From Enoplolaimus lenunculus (taxonomy: Eukaryota): a DNA stretch of 64,000 bases. The DNA lies in assembly GCA_030248215.1 (NCBI GenBank), contig JASANG010002509.1, positions 558,001 to 622,000 on the forward strand. Direction: 5' to 3'. Shown piece by piece: positions 63,463-64,000 of this stretch; the first letter of the stretch is position 1; the number at the start of each line of letters is the position of its first letter. The notes beneath the pieces were generated by a model, which saw only the letters and a list, made by a program, of their open reading frames with translations, did no database searches and was not told the origin of the DNA. Made by a program: the position numbers and the translations under genes.

Positions 63463-64000
63463 CGCTATTACGTCACCCTTAAGATCCAGCGTCGTCGATC
63501 TGAATTCAATATTTAAAAGCAAACGACAAACACAGCTGTGTAGATGTATCGTATATGTAGTTTTGGTTTGGCTTTAATCCTTCAGCGTGTTTGCATTTTT
63601 GTGGCATATGAGAACACCGTTTCGATTTTGAAGCGCATTTATTTTTAACGCTGATAAGAAATACATAGTACATAGTGGAAAGCTGTTCAAATTTTTTGCT
63701 TCAACTGCAAGTTTCTATGCCAAAACATGATTTGTATGGTTAAGCAACCAAGTTGAACATTTTAGGAGAATCAGAATCTGAAACTCTGCAAAACGGCAAC
63801 TCGACAGCGCATACTAAAGAACGATATTTGTGGTGTATATGCGTTGTACTGTGTGCAATATTTTTAAGCTTTAATCTACGCATCCTTGGAGGTGTATTGG
63901 GAACCGCAGTGCTAGGGTTTTCAATTGGATGCAGGGTCTATGTCTCAACAGTCTGTTCAAAATTTGGATTTCCTAAATATAAGCTTCAAAACATCTCCGA

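Noticed and set aside
1..64000. Intact autonomous transposase, Fanzor/TnpB or reverse transcriptase
   Set aside because: No long ORF or RuvC, RT or DDE motif set was seen; only decayed fragments.

Overview
AT-rich, intron-containing animal genomic DNA. It is not prokaryotic and has no CRISPR array or rRNA. TTAGGC-type repeats and TTTTCAG-like acceptors suggest a nematode, possibly an early-branching one, but this is only an inference. Exons were assembled by hand from splice signals and reading frame. Genes found: a STARD4/5/6-like START lipid-transfer protein (-, 5 exons), a six-EF-hand calmodulin-like protein (+), a secreted Gly/Phe-rich and Cys-rich peptide precursor (+), GID8/TWA1 (-), a secreted protein ending in a perforin-type C2-like domain (-), a ZMAT5-like U11/U12 snRNP zinc-finger protein (+) and glucose-6-phosphatase (+). 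An orphan Sec61-gamma exon sits next to a decayed PIF1-like helicase fragment. Introns and intergenic DNA are densely filled with non-autonomous DNA transposons: Merlin-like MITEs carrying telomere-type (GCCTAA)n arrays, hAT-, Tc1/mariner-, Harbinger- and CACTG-type MITEs, and piggyBac-like MITEs with an internal tRNA-derived cassette. There are also 38-bp and 31-bp minisatellites. No intact autonomous transposase is visible.
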